A stretch of 49,172 nucleotides of DNA, taken from an uncultured Deinococcaceae bacterium (GTDB taxonomy: Bacteria; Deinococcota; Deinococci; Deinococcales; Deinococcaceae). Under the pieces are notes generated by a model that did no database searches, was not told the origin of the DNA, and saw only the letters and a program-made list of their open reading frames with translations. The position numbers were made by a program, and so were the translations under genes. The stretch covers positions 1 to 49,172 of the forward strand of contig CAXULY010000042.1 in the NCBI GenBank assembly GCA_964252075.1, read 5' to 3'. Below are positions 39,721 through 49,172 of this stretch, piece after piece (the first letter of the stretch is position 1; every line of letters starts with the position of its first letter).

Positions 39721-40368
39721 ATGCCGGTCGCCAGCCCCGCCCTCGACCACCTGCCCGCCACCCGCCGCGACCTGCTGTGCCAGCTCAAGAAGCGCGGCGA
39801 GGCCGGCGCCGAGGAACTCGCGGGCGCGCTCGGCATCACCGCGAGCGGCACGCGCCAGCACCTCGCCGCGCTGGAACAGGCGGGCCTGATCACCGCGCGC
39901 GACCAGCGCGCCGGACCGGGCCGCCCCAAACGCCGCTACCGCCTCACGCCCCCGGCGGACGCGATGTTCCCCCGCGCGTACGCCGAACTGACGAACGAAC
40001 TGCTGTCCTACGTCGAGGACGCCGACCCGGCGCTCCTTTCACAGCTGTTCCGCAAGCGCGGCGAGCGGCGCCTGCACGGCACGCTCGCCCGCACGGCGGG
40101 CCTGCCGTTCGGCGCACAGGTGCGGGAACTCACCCGCATTCTCGACGAGGACGGCTACCTCGCCGACGTCACGGAGCGTGAGGACGGCAGCTTCCTCATC
40201 ACGGAGCACAACTGTGCGGTGCTGTCTGTCGCGCTGCAGTACGGCCACGCCTGCGGCAGCGAACTGGAGTACATCCGCGCCGCGCTGCCGGGTGCGCACG
40301 TCACGCGCGTGGCGCACATGCTGGCGGGCGCGCACGTCTGCGCCTACGACATCCGGCCCAGGGACTGA
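39721..40368 (+). CDS. SufR-like HTH metalloregulator
   Basis: wHTH (LGITASGTRQHL, GRPKRRYRLT); EHNC-X12-C-X2-E...C; TACACT-N6-ATG. Confidence 0.82.
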   Translation: MPVASPALDHLPATRRDLLCQLKKRGEAGAEELAGALGITASGTRQHLAALEQAGLITARDQRAGPGRPKRRYRLTPPADAMFPRAYAELTNELLSYVEDADPALLSQLFRKRGERRLHGTLARTAGLPFGAQVRELTRILDEDGYLADVTEREDGSFLITEHNCAVLSVALQYGHACGSELEYIRAALPGAHVTRVAHMLAGAHVCAYDIRPRD

Positions 40369-40695
40369 CGGCCACTTCGTTAAAGCACAGGGCTCGGGCG
40401 GTGTGCGGCCATTCCGACGGCTTCACTGGCGCTGCCTGGACCAATCGTGGGTGGCGCGAGTCCGGTATGCCCAACCCATACGGGCGCGGTCCGTGCTTCT
40501 GAGTGTGGGGTGAAGGCCACAGCTCAGCATGACCTTGCCAGCGTGTCGTCACGCCTCCGCGTGGGCGCCCTCGAAGTCCAACTCCGCGCTTTCCTGAACG
40601 CAGAGGTATAGGGGCGTTCACCTTCGATGAAGAGCCTGAGGGTACCATGAAGGTCAGGGTGGTTCGTTCCGCCACGCCTGGCACCGGAGGTCCGC

Positions 40696-41160
40696 ATGCC
40701 CCGTCCCTTCCGCCTGCTGCTGATCGACGATGACCCGATGGACATCGAACTGGCCATGCTCGCCCTCGCGGAGCAGCAACACCCCTACGAGATCACCGCC
40801 GTGCAGAGCGGCGCGGCGGCACTGGTGCTGCTGCGCGGCGGCCTGCAACCGGACCTGATCCTGCTGGACCTGAACATGCCCGGCATGCACGGCCTGGAGG
40901 TCCTCTCCGCCCTCAAGGGCGACCCGCGCCTCCAGTTGATGCCCGTGGTGATCTTCACCACCTCCAGCCGCCAGCAGGACGTGCAGCGCGCGCTCGGCGC
41001 GCAGGCCAACGGGTACCTCGTGAAACCCACCAAGCTGGCGGACCAGGCGCGCCTCATGACGCACCTCATGCGGTACTGGACGCAGACCCTGACGCCCAGC
41101 TGGCCGGACGGCGGGCTCCTCCCCGGCGACGACGGACCGGCGGACGCACACCACCACTGA
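40696..41160 (+). CDS. single-domain response regulator
   Basis: LIDDD, LLDLNMP, FTTS and YLVKP. Confidence 0.92.
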   Translation: MPRPFRLLLIDDDPMDIELAMLALAEQQHPYEITAVQSGAAALVLLRGGLQPDLILLDLNMPGMHGLEVLSALKGDPRLQLMPVVIFTTSSRQQDVQRALGAQANGYLVKPTKLADQARLMTHLMRYWTQTLTPSWPDGGLLPGDDGPADAHHH

Positions 41161-41311
41161 AGATGGACCGTGAACGTCGTCCGTGCTGCAAAGCACCCGG
41201 GCGCGCCCACTGGTCCCTTTCATCTCCATGTCCCAATAAAAATCGGCACCTCAGCCTGTCGCGTTCAGGTGCCCCGCGGGCTGCCCGGCAAGGCGCCTTC
41301 CCTCCACGGCA

Positions 41312-42007
41312 TCAGGGAAGCAGGGGCTCGTACTCGTCGTGCCGGCGGATTTTCGTGAAGGCCTCCGCCTGCGGCCAGCCGGGCGGCACGTCCTGCCAGG
41401 TTTCCTGCCGACCGTACGGCGTGATGTCCAGGTGACCCGCGATGCTGGACATCAACTCCACCCCGCGCGCTCTGGTGAGGTACGTGAGGTGCGGGCGCCC
41501 GTTCAGCTGCAGGTACACGCTGAACCCGGACACCTCACCGCCCTTCTCGTTCGTCCAGCCCCAGTCCCCGTTGAAGGTAGAAACCCCGGACGAGTACCAC
41601 GGCACCGTCCAGCCCATGCGCGCGCTGTACGCCTGCAGCTTCTCGATAGGCGCGCGGGACATGCGCACGAAGCTGATGTCGTAGGGCTGGAAGTGCGCGA
41701 GGTGCGGCACGCAGTTGTCGGCGTCGTCCGAGCAGAAGGCGCAGCCCTGATTCCAGGTGGGGCTGAACATGAAGTGATGCACGATCAGCTGTGAGCGGCC
41801 AGCGAACAGGTCCATGAAGGTGATGGGGCCGTCCGGACCGTCCAGGGAGTAGTTCGGCACTTCGGTCATGGGCAGGCGGCGCCGGGCGGCGGCGATGGCG
41901 TCCCGCAGGCGCGTCTCGACTTTCTCCAGGCTGAGCAGGTCATCGCGGGCGCGGTCCCACTGGTCGCGGTCCACCACGGGTGGGTGCGCTTGGCTGGTGT
42001 CAATCAT
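41312..42007 (-). CDS. DUF899 family thioredoxin-like protein
   Basis: RRRLPM, LFAGRSQL..HFM, GCAFCS, MGWTVPWYS and DITPYGRQE. Confidence 0.88.
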   Translation of the reverse strand: MIDTSQAHPPVVDRDQWDRARDDLLSLEKVETRLRDAIAAARRRLPMTEVPNYSLDGPDGPITFMDLFAGRSQLIVHHFMFSPTWNQGCAFCSDDADNCVPHLAHFQPYDISFVRMSRAPIEKLQAYSARMGWTVPWYSSGVSTFNGDWGWTNEKGGEVSGFSVYLQLNGRPHLTYLTRARGVELMSSIAGHLDITPYGRQETWQDVPPGWPQAEAFTKIRRHDEYEPLLP

Positions 42008-42619
42008 GGTTCCTCCAGTGCGGCGCTGCAGGTGCGTGTGGCGCCGTGGCGTGGTCGGTGCTGCGTGGAGTGTCCGAATCTTCCCGCGCGGGTGGCGCCC
42101 GGCTTGGGGTGAATTGGAGTCGGGTCGGTCGTGTGGCCTCAGCTCTGGTGTGCTGCATGACGCGAAATCCCTTCGCCCGCCGCGCGGGTTGATGCTAAAG
42201 AGCGGTCGATGTGTACGCTGTCCACAATACGATGTGTGAAACAGAATCACAAGTCGAAGTACGGGCAGGAACGCCTCGAATGAGAGGTTCCGCCATTGCG
42301 GCAGACTTTGCGCTTCCCGCCTATCGTGCAGCGGTGTACCGACCTATCAGGCACCACCGAGCAGAAAACGGATGGGGCGTCCGCACAAACGAGCCTCCAC
42401 GCGAGGTGAACGCCATTTATTTCTACCTTCAGATGGAGCGGACGCCAGGAAACCCCGGCTGCACACCGATCTCCTTCTATGCGCTCACCGGAGCAGTGCC
42501 GCGCGCTCAGCTGCCTGCGCCGCTGCGTCTGACCGGCCGTGACATCACGAATAGATATTGCTCTTGGTTAAAAAAAGACACCCATTGACACACGCGTTCT
42601 GCAGGCGCACCATAAATCA

Positions 42620-42631
42620 AACCGTACGGTT
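42620..42631. promoter_or_regulatory. probable TetR operator
   Basis: Perfect palindrome AACCGTACGGTT just upstream of tetR; TTGACA at 42585. Confidence 0.55.
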
Positions 42632-42649
42632 CAGTACTCAGGAGGGCCT

Positions 42650-43291
42650 TTGCCCAGCGACACGCCCCGCACCCGCGCGAAACGCGCCCAGATCCTCGCC
42701 GCCGCCCGCGCCCTCTTCCTCTCCCAGGGCTACGCCCGCACAAGCACCGACGCCATCACCGAAGTGGCCGGCATCAGCAAGCAGACCCTGTACGCCCACT
42801 ACCGCGGCAAAGCCGAACTGCTCGCTGCCATCATCGGGAACGAACTCGACGAACTTCAGCTCGACGGACGCGTCCACCCCGCGCCGCACACGCACGCCGA
42901 ACTGCGCGACCTCCTCTTCACCTTCGCGCGCGCCGTCACCACGAAACTCCTCCAGCCGGACGCCCTCGCGCTGCTGCGCCTGCTGGTCGGCGAGGCCGTG
43001 CACGTCCCCGAACTGCGCGACGCGCTGCGCCAGGCCTTCCCCGCCCGCCTCATCGGCGCGATGGAACGCGCCCTCCAGCACGCGCAGTCACTCCACCTGA
43101 TCCACACCCTGGACGCGAACCTCAGCGCCCGCATGTTCGTCGGCCCCGTCATGAGTTACGTCGCCCTCGACGGCCTCTTCAGTTCCGCGCCGCCCGACAT
43201 CCCCGACGACCGAGCCCTCACGCACCTCGTCGACCTGTTCCTCCTCACCGTGACCCCCACCACGGGCACGGGCGGAAAGGACCACCCATGA
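42650..43291 (+). CDS. TetR/AcrR family regulator
   Basis: ILAAARALFLSQGY..S...IT..AGISKQTLYAHYRGK. Confidence 0.92.
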   Translation: MPSDTPRTRAKRAQILAAARALFLSQGYARTSTDAITEVAGISKQTLYAHYRGKAELLAAIIGNELDELQLDGRVHPAPHTHAELRDLLFTFARAVTTKLLQPDALALLRLLVGEAVHVPELRDALRQAFPARLIGAMERALQHAQSLHLIHTLDANLSARMFVGPVMSYVALDGLFSSAPPDIPDDRALTHLVDLFLLTVTPTTGTGGKDHP

Positions 43292-44832
43292 ACGCCACCC
43301 CCGATGTCCTCATCGCTGGCGCCGGCCCCACCGGCCTGTTCCTCGCCCTGTGGCTCACGCGGCTTGGTGTCCGCGTCCGCATCGCCGACCCCAAGCCCGG
43401 CCCCGTGCAGGAAACCCGCGCGATTGCCGTGCAGGCCCGCACCCTGGAGTTCTACGACCAGCTCGGACTCGGGCCGGACGCCCTCGCCCGCGGACGGCAC
43501 TTCGACCGCCTGAACCTCTTCGTGCGCGGACGACTGCGCGGCGCCGTGCGCCTGCGCGGCGTCGGGAACGACCTCACGCCCCACCCGTACCTGTACATCC
43601 TCACGCAGGACCAGAACGAAGCGCTCCTCGTGGCGCACCTCACGCGCCTCGGCGTGCACATCGACTGGGAGACGGACGTCACGCACGTCACGCAGGACCA
43701 GCACGGCGTGCCCGCCACCCTCACGCACCACGGGCGCGACACGCACGTGCGTGCCGCGTTCATCGCGGGGTGCGACGGCGCGCGCAGCACCGTGAGGCGC
43801 GCCCTCGGCGTGCCACTCTCCGGCGGCACGTACGCGCAGCGCTTCTACGTGGCGGACGTCACCCTCGACGGCCAGGTCCGCGCGGGGGACGTGAACATCA
43901 GCCTGGACGAGCGCTTCCTCGCGTTCTTCCCCATGCCCGAACCGAACCGGCACCGCGTCGTCGGGCAGCTCAGCCCCACCGCGCCCGAGGACGCCGATTT
44001 CGAGCAGGTGCGGCCCGAACTGGAGGCGCATGGCCTCAGCACCGTGCGGCACCTGCACTGGTTCAGCACCTACCGGGTGCACCACCGCGTCGCCGACCAC
44101 TTCCGCGTCGGGCGCGCGTTCATCCTCGGGGACGCCGCGCACGTGCACACGCCCGTCGGCGGTCAGGGCATGAACACCGGCCTCGGGGACGCCGCGAACC
44201 TCGCCTGGAAGCTCGCGCAGGTCGTGCAGGGCGGAACCCCGGACCTTCTGGACACCTACGAGCCCGAACGGCGGCCCTTCGCGGTGTCCCTCGTGAACAC
44301 CACCGACCGCGTCTTCACCGGCATCGTGCGGGGCACGCCCGCCGCGCGGTACTTCCGCTTCACCGTGGTTCCCACCCTGCTGCCCCTCCTCACGCGCGCG
44401 CAGGCGGTGCGCCGCCTGTTGTTCCTGACCGTCTCGCAGACCCGCCTGCACTACCCGGACAGCGCCCTCAGCCGCGGGCGCGCGGGTCGCGTGCGGGGCG
44501 GCGACCGCCTCCCCTGGGTGCCGCAAGCGCACGGCAGCAACTTCGACGCGCTGACGTCCCTTGTCTGGCAGGTGCACGCGTACGGCGCCCCCGACCCGGA
44601 ACTGCTCACGTGGTGCGCGCGGCGCGGCCTGCCCCTGCACGTGTTCCCGCACGACCACGCCGCCCGGCACGCTGGGCTGGCCGCACACGCCGCTTACCTC
44701 ATCCGGCCGGACGGGTACGTGGGCCTCGCCGCCCCACGGCATGACCTGACGGCCCTCGACGCGTACGCCGAGCGCTGGTTGCCACGTGCCGCATCACCCG
44801 CGCCCGCGCGCCTGCCCGCCCACGCCCACTGA
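43288..44832 (+). CDS. FAD-dependent monooxygenase (PheA/TfdB-like)
   Basis: GAGPTG, GCDGARS, GDAAHVHTPVGGQGMNTG, GDRLP and IRPDGYV. Confidence 0.92.
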   Translation: MNATPDVLIAGAGPTGLFLALWLTRLGVRVRIADPKPGPVQETRAIAVQARTLEFYDQLGLGPDALARGRHFDRLNLFVRGRLRGAVRLRGVGNDLTPHPYLYILTQDQNEALLVAHLTRLGVHIDWETDVTHVTQDQHGVPATLTHHGRDTHVRAAFIAGCDGARSTVRRALGVPLSGGTYAQRFYVADVTLDGQVRAGDVNISLDERFLAFFPMPEPNRHRVVGQLSPTAPEDADFEQVRPELEAHGLSTVRHLHWFSTYRVHHRVADHFRVGRAFILGDAAHVHTPVGGQGMNTGLGDAANLAWKLAQVVQGGTPDLLDTYEPERRPFAVSLVNTTDRVFTGIVRGTPAARYFRFTVVPTLLPLLTRAQAVRRLLFLTVSQTRLHYPDSALSRGRAGRVRGGDRLPWVPQAHGSNFDALTSLVWQVHAYGAPDPELLTWCARRGLPLHVFPHDHAARHAGLAAHAAYLIRPDGYVGLAAPRHDLTALDAYAERWLPRAASPAPARLPAHAH

Positions 44833-45467
44833 CCGACCGCCACGGCGGGCAAGCGTCCGGCTCCCGAGCGCAAGCAGGCCGCCCAACGCGGGACGGCGCA
44901 GCGATGACACGGTGCAACGCCCTGAATCGCATGACCAGCGGAACGGGATAAGGGTGACGAACCTATCTCCCTCGTCAACGCTGATGCGCTTTCGTGTTGG
45001 TCCGCACTCGTGTGGCGGCCAGACATCCATAACGGCTGTTACACCTGCGCCAAGCAGCGAGCAGAAGCAGCGGCCGCCAAGCTCGACCAAAAGCTGCATG
45101 GAGGACTTTGCCTGACGCCATGCAGGGCGCGGACCTCACCTGCGCATGGCAATCCGCGCGCATGACGGGACCCGCCACGACCACCTGCGTTAGCGCTCGT
45201 CGCTTCGCATTGTTGGCCCCCGCACCCGCTTGTGCGCAGTCCCAGGAACTGGGACTGCGGTGGTCCCTGGCCGCCGGGACGGGCGCCACGTACACTCGCC
45301 CTGGAGCTGCACCCACACTCTCCTGTCCGCGCCGGCTGGGCCTGCCCCCACCCGGCTTCCAGGCGGCCTGCCGCACGCGGGCCGCCCACCTCCCGCTGGT
45401 TCCGGCACAGCGTGGGGGCCGTATGAACCACGCCGCCGGCCACGCGCGTCACCCTGGAGGGTCGGTT

Positions 45468-47678
45468 GTGAACAGGATGCTCATCTTGCTGGTCGCGGTC
45501 CTGACCGCATGCGGGGCCACCCAGCCCCCCACGCCCGCGACGTCCACCGCCATCATTCCCGACACCACGCGCGTCACGGACGCCGCCACGCGCGGCGCCC
45601 TGAGCGCCTACGACGCCAGCAGCGGCACCCTGACGTTCTCCAGCACGACGCCCACCCTCGCGCGCCTGGAGGCGGGCGACGTGCTGGTGTCGGAACCATC
45701 CAGCGCCGCGCCCTCCGGATACCTCCGGAAGGTGACAGGCGTTCACCAGAGCGGCGGGCAGGTGGTGCTGGACACCACGCAGGCGAACCTCACGGACGCC
45801 ATTAGTGAGGGCGAACTGAACGCGGACTTCCAGCTGACGGGCGATGACCTGCTCAGCACGCAGGGCCTCCCGCAGGGCGTCACCCTGACGGCCCTGCCCT
45901 CGCGGGGTGGCGGCGTGAAGGCGCAGGCGGGCGTGGGGGAAAACTACGGCTTCAGGCTCAGCTTCGACCACACCTTCGTGCCCGTTCAGGGCCCGAACGC
46001 CACCGGCACCGTGAAGGTGGACGGCGCCGTGGAATTCAACGTGGGGTACGGCGTGAACATCGGCATCTCGGGGTGCTTCGAGCTGCCGCCCATCTGCGTG
46101 AAAAGCTTCCAGGCGAGTGTGGGCTTCGCGCAGGGCTCGCACCTGAACATCACGGGGGACTTTCAGGGCGTGGTGGGGGACTCGGTGCTGGTCGGCACGC
46201 AGTACTTCAAGCCGAAGGTGTTCTTCATCGGGCCGGTGCCGGTCGTGCTCGTCCCGAAAGTCGAGCTGTACCTGACGGCGGGCGGGGAGATCAAGGCGCA
46301 CGTGAAGTTCGCCGCCAGTGAATCCGTCACGGCGCAGCTGGGGGCGCGCTGGACCAAGGGGCAGGGCTGGAAGGACATCTCCGGGTTCGGCATCAACGGG
46401 AGTGTCTCGCCGCCCACCTTCAGCGGTTCCCTCAAGCCGCGCGTCGGGGTGCGGTCGGTGGCGAGCTTCACGCTGTATGACGTGGCCGGGCCGGAAGCGG
46501 GCCTGGAGGGCGGCGTGAACCTCGACGTGGCGTACCCGCGCAACCCCGCGTGGATCGTCGGCGGGTTCCTGAAGGGCACGCTGGGCTTTCGCGTCACCCT
46601 CCCGATCCTCGGCACGCTCGCGAGTTACAACACCACCCTGTTCGACATCAACAAGGAGCTGGGGCGCTCCGGGAACACCCCGCCGACCCTCGCGCTGACC
46701 AGCCAGCCGCACACGGTCAACGCGAACGCGCCCGTCAACTTCCGCGCGCTGTGCACCGCGAACGGCCCGACCTTCGGGAACGGTGAGCTGTTCGTCGCCG
46801 CGGACGCGGAGGACGGCTGCCCGCAGGTCACGGTGAGTTCCGACCGCGACGGCACGCTCACACCGGACTACAGCTTCACGAGCACCGGCGACCGCACCAT
46901 CACGGCCACCGCGCGCGACTCGGCGGGCCAGACGACGCAGTTGCGCTTCGTGCTGAGCGTCATCAACCCCCCACCAAGCCTCACCCTGACATACGCAGGC
47001 GACGCACATCAGGGCACGCCATACTCCATCTCCGCCAGCATCGCGGACCCGAACGAGGGCAGCGCCACTGACTTCTGCGCGAACACCACCTGGGCGGTGG
47101 ACGCGCCGGACACGCTGCGGCAGGTCAACGGCTGCCAGGTGGAAGTAACGTTCGGGACGACCGGGGCGCGGTCCGTGCGGGTCAGCACGCACGACCGGCT
47201 GGGCGCCGTCACCAGCCAGACCGTGAACCTCACCGTCCTGCCGCCCCTCGAGAACCCGTACCCCAAGGTCACGTACGCCGGCGTGTTCGACCGCGACGCG
47301 CCCCGGCTGGACGCGCCGGGCTGCTCCACCACCAGCGTCGTGCAGGGCAACACCATCGACCTGACGTGGCCGCGCATCTCGTGCAGCGGCGCGGAAGCCG
47401 GGCCGACCGTGTACTACGCGGGCGTGCGCCTGGAGAACCCTCAGAACGAAGCACTGACCTACGACTGGAAGCTGTGGGCGTACAACGGGCAGCAGGACGT
47501 GCTGCTGTACGGCAGCGCGCAACCCGTCTTCGACCTGCACGACGTGCTGGACGCCGGACTGGTGACGCTGCCGTGCCACATCACCCTCACGGTGGAGGCG
47601 CCCGATCCGGCGCGCAGCAAGACCATGACGGTCTGGAACGGCAAGTGCACCTACCACGCGACCACCGGCATAAAATGA
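45468..47678 (+). CDS. large beta-rich lipoprotein with Ig/PKD-like C-terminal domains
   Basis: GGAGG SD, then VNRMLILLVAVLTAC lipobox; beta-rich; NTPP/NPPP domain starts; ten further Cys. Confidence 0.8.
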   Translation: MNRMLILLVAVLTACGATQPPTPATSTAIIPDTTRVTDAATRGALSAYDASSGTLTFSSTTPTLARLEAGDVLVSEPSSAAPSGYLRKVTGVHQSGGQVVLDTTQANLTDAISEGELNADFQLTGDDLLSTQGLPQGVTLTALPSRGGGVKAQAGVGENYGFRLSFDHTFVPVQGPNATGTVKVDGAVEFNVGYGVNIGISGCFELPPICVKSFQASVGFAQGSHLNITGDFQGVVGDSVLVGTQYFKPKVFFIGPVPVVLVPKVELYLTAGGEIKAHVKFAASESVTAQLGARWTKGQGWKDISGFGINGSVSPPTFSGSLKPRVGVRSVASFTLYDVAGPEAGLEGGVNLDVAYPRNPAWIVGGFLKGTLGFRVTLPILGTLASYNTTLFDINKELGRSGNTPPTLALTSQPHTVNANAPVNFRALCTANGPTFGNGELFVAADAEDGCPQVTVSSDRDGTLTPDYSFTSTGDRTITATARDSAGQTTQLRFVLSVINPPPSLTLTYAGDAHQGTPYSISASIADPNEGSATDFCANTTWAVDAPDTLRQVNGCQVEVTFGTTGARSVRVSTHDRLGAVTSQTVNLTVLPPLENPYPKVTYAGVFDRDAPRLDAPGCSTTSVVQGNTIDLTWPRISCSGAEAGPTVYYAGVRLENPQNEALTYDWKLWAYNGQQDVLLYGSAQPVFDLHDVLDAGLVTLPCHITLTVEAPDPARSKTMTVWNGKCTYHATTGIK

Positions 47679-47700
47679 CGCGCCGCGCGGGCCGGCGATA

Positions 47701-47734
47701 AGGGCGGGGCCGAGTGTTCACTCGGCCCCGCCCT
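47701..47734 (+). terminator. perfect long hairpin
   Basis: AGGGCGGGGCCGAGTG-TT-CACTCGGCCCCGCCCT after the lipoprotein stop. Confidence 0.65.
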
Positions 47735-48245
47735 CGTGCTTGACACCATTGCCGGATTGAGAGCAGGACCGTCATGGCGAGGCCGATATGCAGATCAGGT
47801 GCCTCCATGTCCTCCATTCGGTCTGGTGTGGACGGGACGCCCGCTTCACCGTATGCGGGCATGGTGAGCACAGAAGTCTCCTGAAGTCAGTCCCCTCATC
47901 TGGGGGAGTCGTCCTGATGAATGCACAGCGCCGCTCAGGTCCGCGAGCGGGGCAGTGCACAGTGCGGCAGTCACGGTTGATGGTCACAGCGAAGGGACCA
48001 TCAACCGGCCCGTAGGCCAGCGGATTCGCCACGCCGGCATTGCAGCCGCCACCATGCGACTACAGATTCCGAGACGGCCCTGGCCGCATGAAAAACCTGC
48101 GTTGAGCGACCTCTTACTCCGGGTCCTTCGACGCTGCGCGGCGCGCATTGTACGCGCTCCTACAGTGTAAGGACACTGTCATTTCTCGCCGTTTAGGGTG
48201 GCGTCAACTCGGTACGCCAAGCATGGAAGAGAGTGACCCGCAGTG

Positions 48246-49172
48246 ATGACTGTCCCGAACGTCCGCCACCCCACCATCATCATCATCGGCGACCTGGCCG
48301 ACGTCCTCCAGGCCGACCTGCAGCAGCGCGTGCCCGCCTCCGCCGCGTGGAACATCGACGTCTACCACGATGGCCTCGCCATTCTGATGCTGCTTTCCGA
48401 CGACGGCCCGGATGTGGTGGTCGTGCAGACGGATGAACCGGACGGCGTGATTTACGCCCTCCTCGATCACGCGAAGCACGCGTGGCCGCACACGCATTTC
48501 ATCATGGCCACCGACCAGCCCGCACACGCCCTCCAGGAATTCTTCGAGCTGTTCGGGGACATGCCGATCGTGAATCCCGAGCCGGAGTTGCTCAGCATGG
48601 CGGTCGACAAGGCGGTCGCGAACCTCGAGCAGCGCGGGCTGGGCGCCCTGTCCACCGAGCAGCTGCTGCCGGAACTGCAGCGGGAGGCGGACAGCGTGTC
48701 CGTCCGGGTGCAGGGGCACGAGCGGTGGGGCCGCATTCACCTGTACCGTGGGCGCCTCGTGGACGCGTACGTGCATGAACCGTCGCTGCGCGGTGAGGCG
48801 GCGTTCTTCGAGCTGCTCAGCTGGGCGGGCGCAACCTTCACCCTCGAACGCTCGTACCGCAACCTCCGGCATCACATCACGCGGCCCCTCGCGGCGCTGC
48901 TCGCGGAACACGCTGCGCGCACCGCGCCGCCAGTGGAGGAACCCATTGAGGCCGAGGGGCTGGAGGGCAGCGCGCCAACCGCTCCACTCGCGGAGGATGA
49001 CCAACTCGTTGGTGAGGGCGGGGCGTCCGGAGCAGCCCCTTCCGGCGAGGAAAACACCGCACAGCAATTCGTTCCGGCCACCGCCAACGTGGTGGACATC
49101 ACCCCCAGCCCCCTCATCAGCGCCGAGGTGCCCTCGGCGATCAAGGAGCACACCGACATGGCCAACGCCAAA
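48246..49172 (+). CDS. pseudo-receiver + DUF4388 (PatA_N)-like protein, runs off window end (not in ORF track)
   Basis: Hand translation from ATG 48246: MTVPNVRHPTIIIIGD..YHDGLAIL..PDVVVV.. then LSTEQLL..GRIHLYRGRLVDA..GEAAFFELLSW.GATF; open to the end of the window. Confidence 0.75.
   Translation, partial: MTVPNVRHPTIIIIGDLADVLQADLQQRVPASAAWNIDVYHDGLAILMLLSDDGPDVVVVQTDEPDGVIYALLDHAKHAWPHTHFIMATDQPAHALQEFFELFGDMPIVNPEPELLSMAVDKAVANLEQRGLGALSTEQLLPELQREADSVSVRVQGHERWGRIHLYRGRLVDAYVHEPSLRGEAAFFELLSWAGATFTLERSYRNLRHHITRPLAALLAEHAARTAPPVEEPIEAEGLEGSAPTAPLAEDDQLVGEGGASGAAPSGEENTAQQFVPATANVVDITPSPLISAEVPSAIKEHTDMANAK

Noticed and set aside
42235..42251. TGTGA-N7-TCACA as a CRP/DdrI site
   Set aside because: The spacer is 7 nt, not the canonical 6. 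It may bind something else, but there is no support for that.
48204..49151. 315-aa minus-strand ORF in the track
   Set aside because: It is a shadow of the plus-strand REC-DUF4388-like gene, which the track omits because it has no stop in the window.
1..49172. CRISPR arrays, tRNA, rRNA, IS elements
   Set aside because: I saw no spaced direct repeats, cloverleaf, rRNA-like sequence or transposase motifs.

Overview
High-GC DNA that is almost certainly from Deinococcus. The evidence is a ddrD homologue with an upstream RDRM box, a Xer-type recombinase of a kind typical of the genus, tandem-GAF histidine kinases, and six genes with the leaderless TANNNT-N6-start signature. It is an accessory, carbohydrate- and signalling-rich region of about 40 genes. 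The first 15 kb holds several broken genes and an intact YjhG/YagF dehydratase-SDR-FAH-SDR sugar-acid operon. An AT-rich island with a 14-bp inverted repeat lies beside a processive GT2 and a tyrosine recombinase. Further on are ddrD, an orphan family-5 SBP with LacI, folE, a sugar ABC transporter with an FGGY kinase, a GlcD/Dld-like oxidase, an SDR-VOC-QueA-like operon opposite a SufR-like regulator, TetR with a flavin monooxygenase, a Cys-rich lipoprotein, and a REC-DUF4388-like gene running off the end. The best candidate for an undescribed system is a yjdF (azaaromatic)-riboswitch-like RNA at 35729-35842 (-). It sits on the ribosome-binding site of the sugar ABC/kinase operon instead of on a yjdF gene. 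All family calls come from motif recognition by eye; no searches were run.
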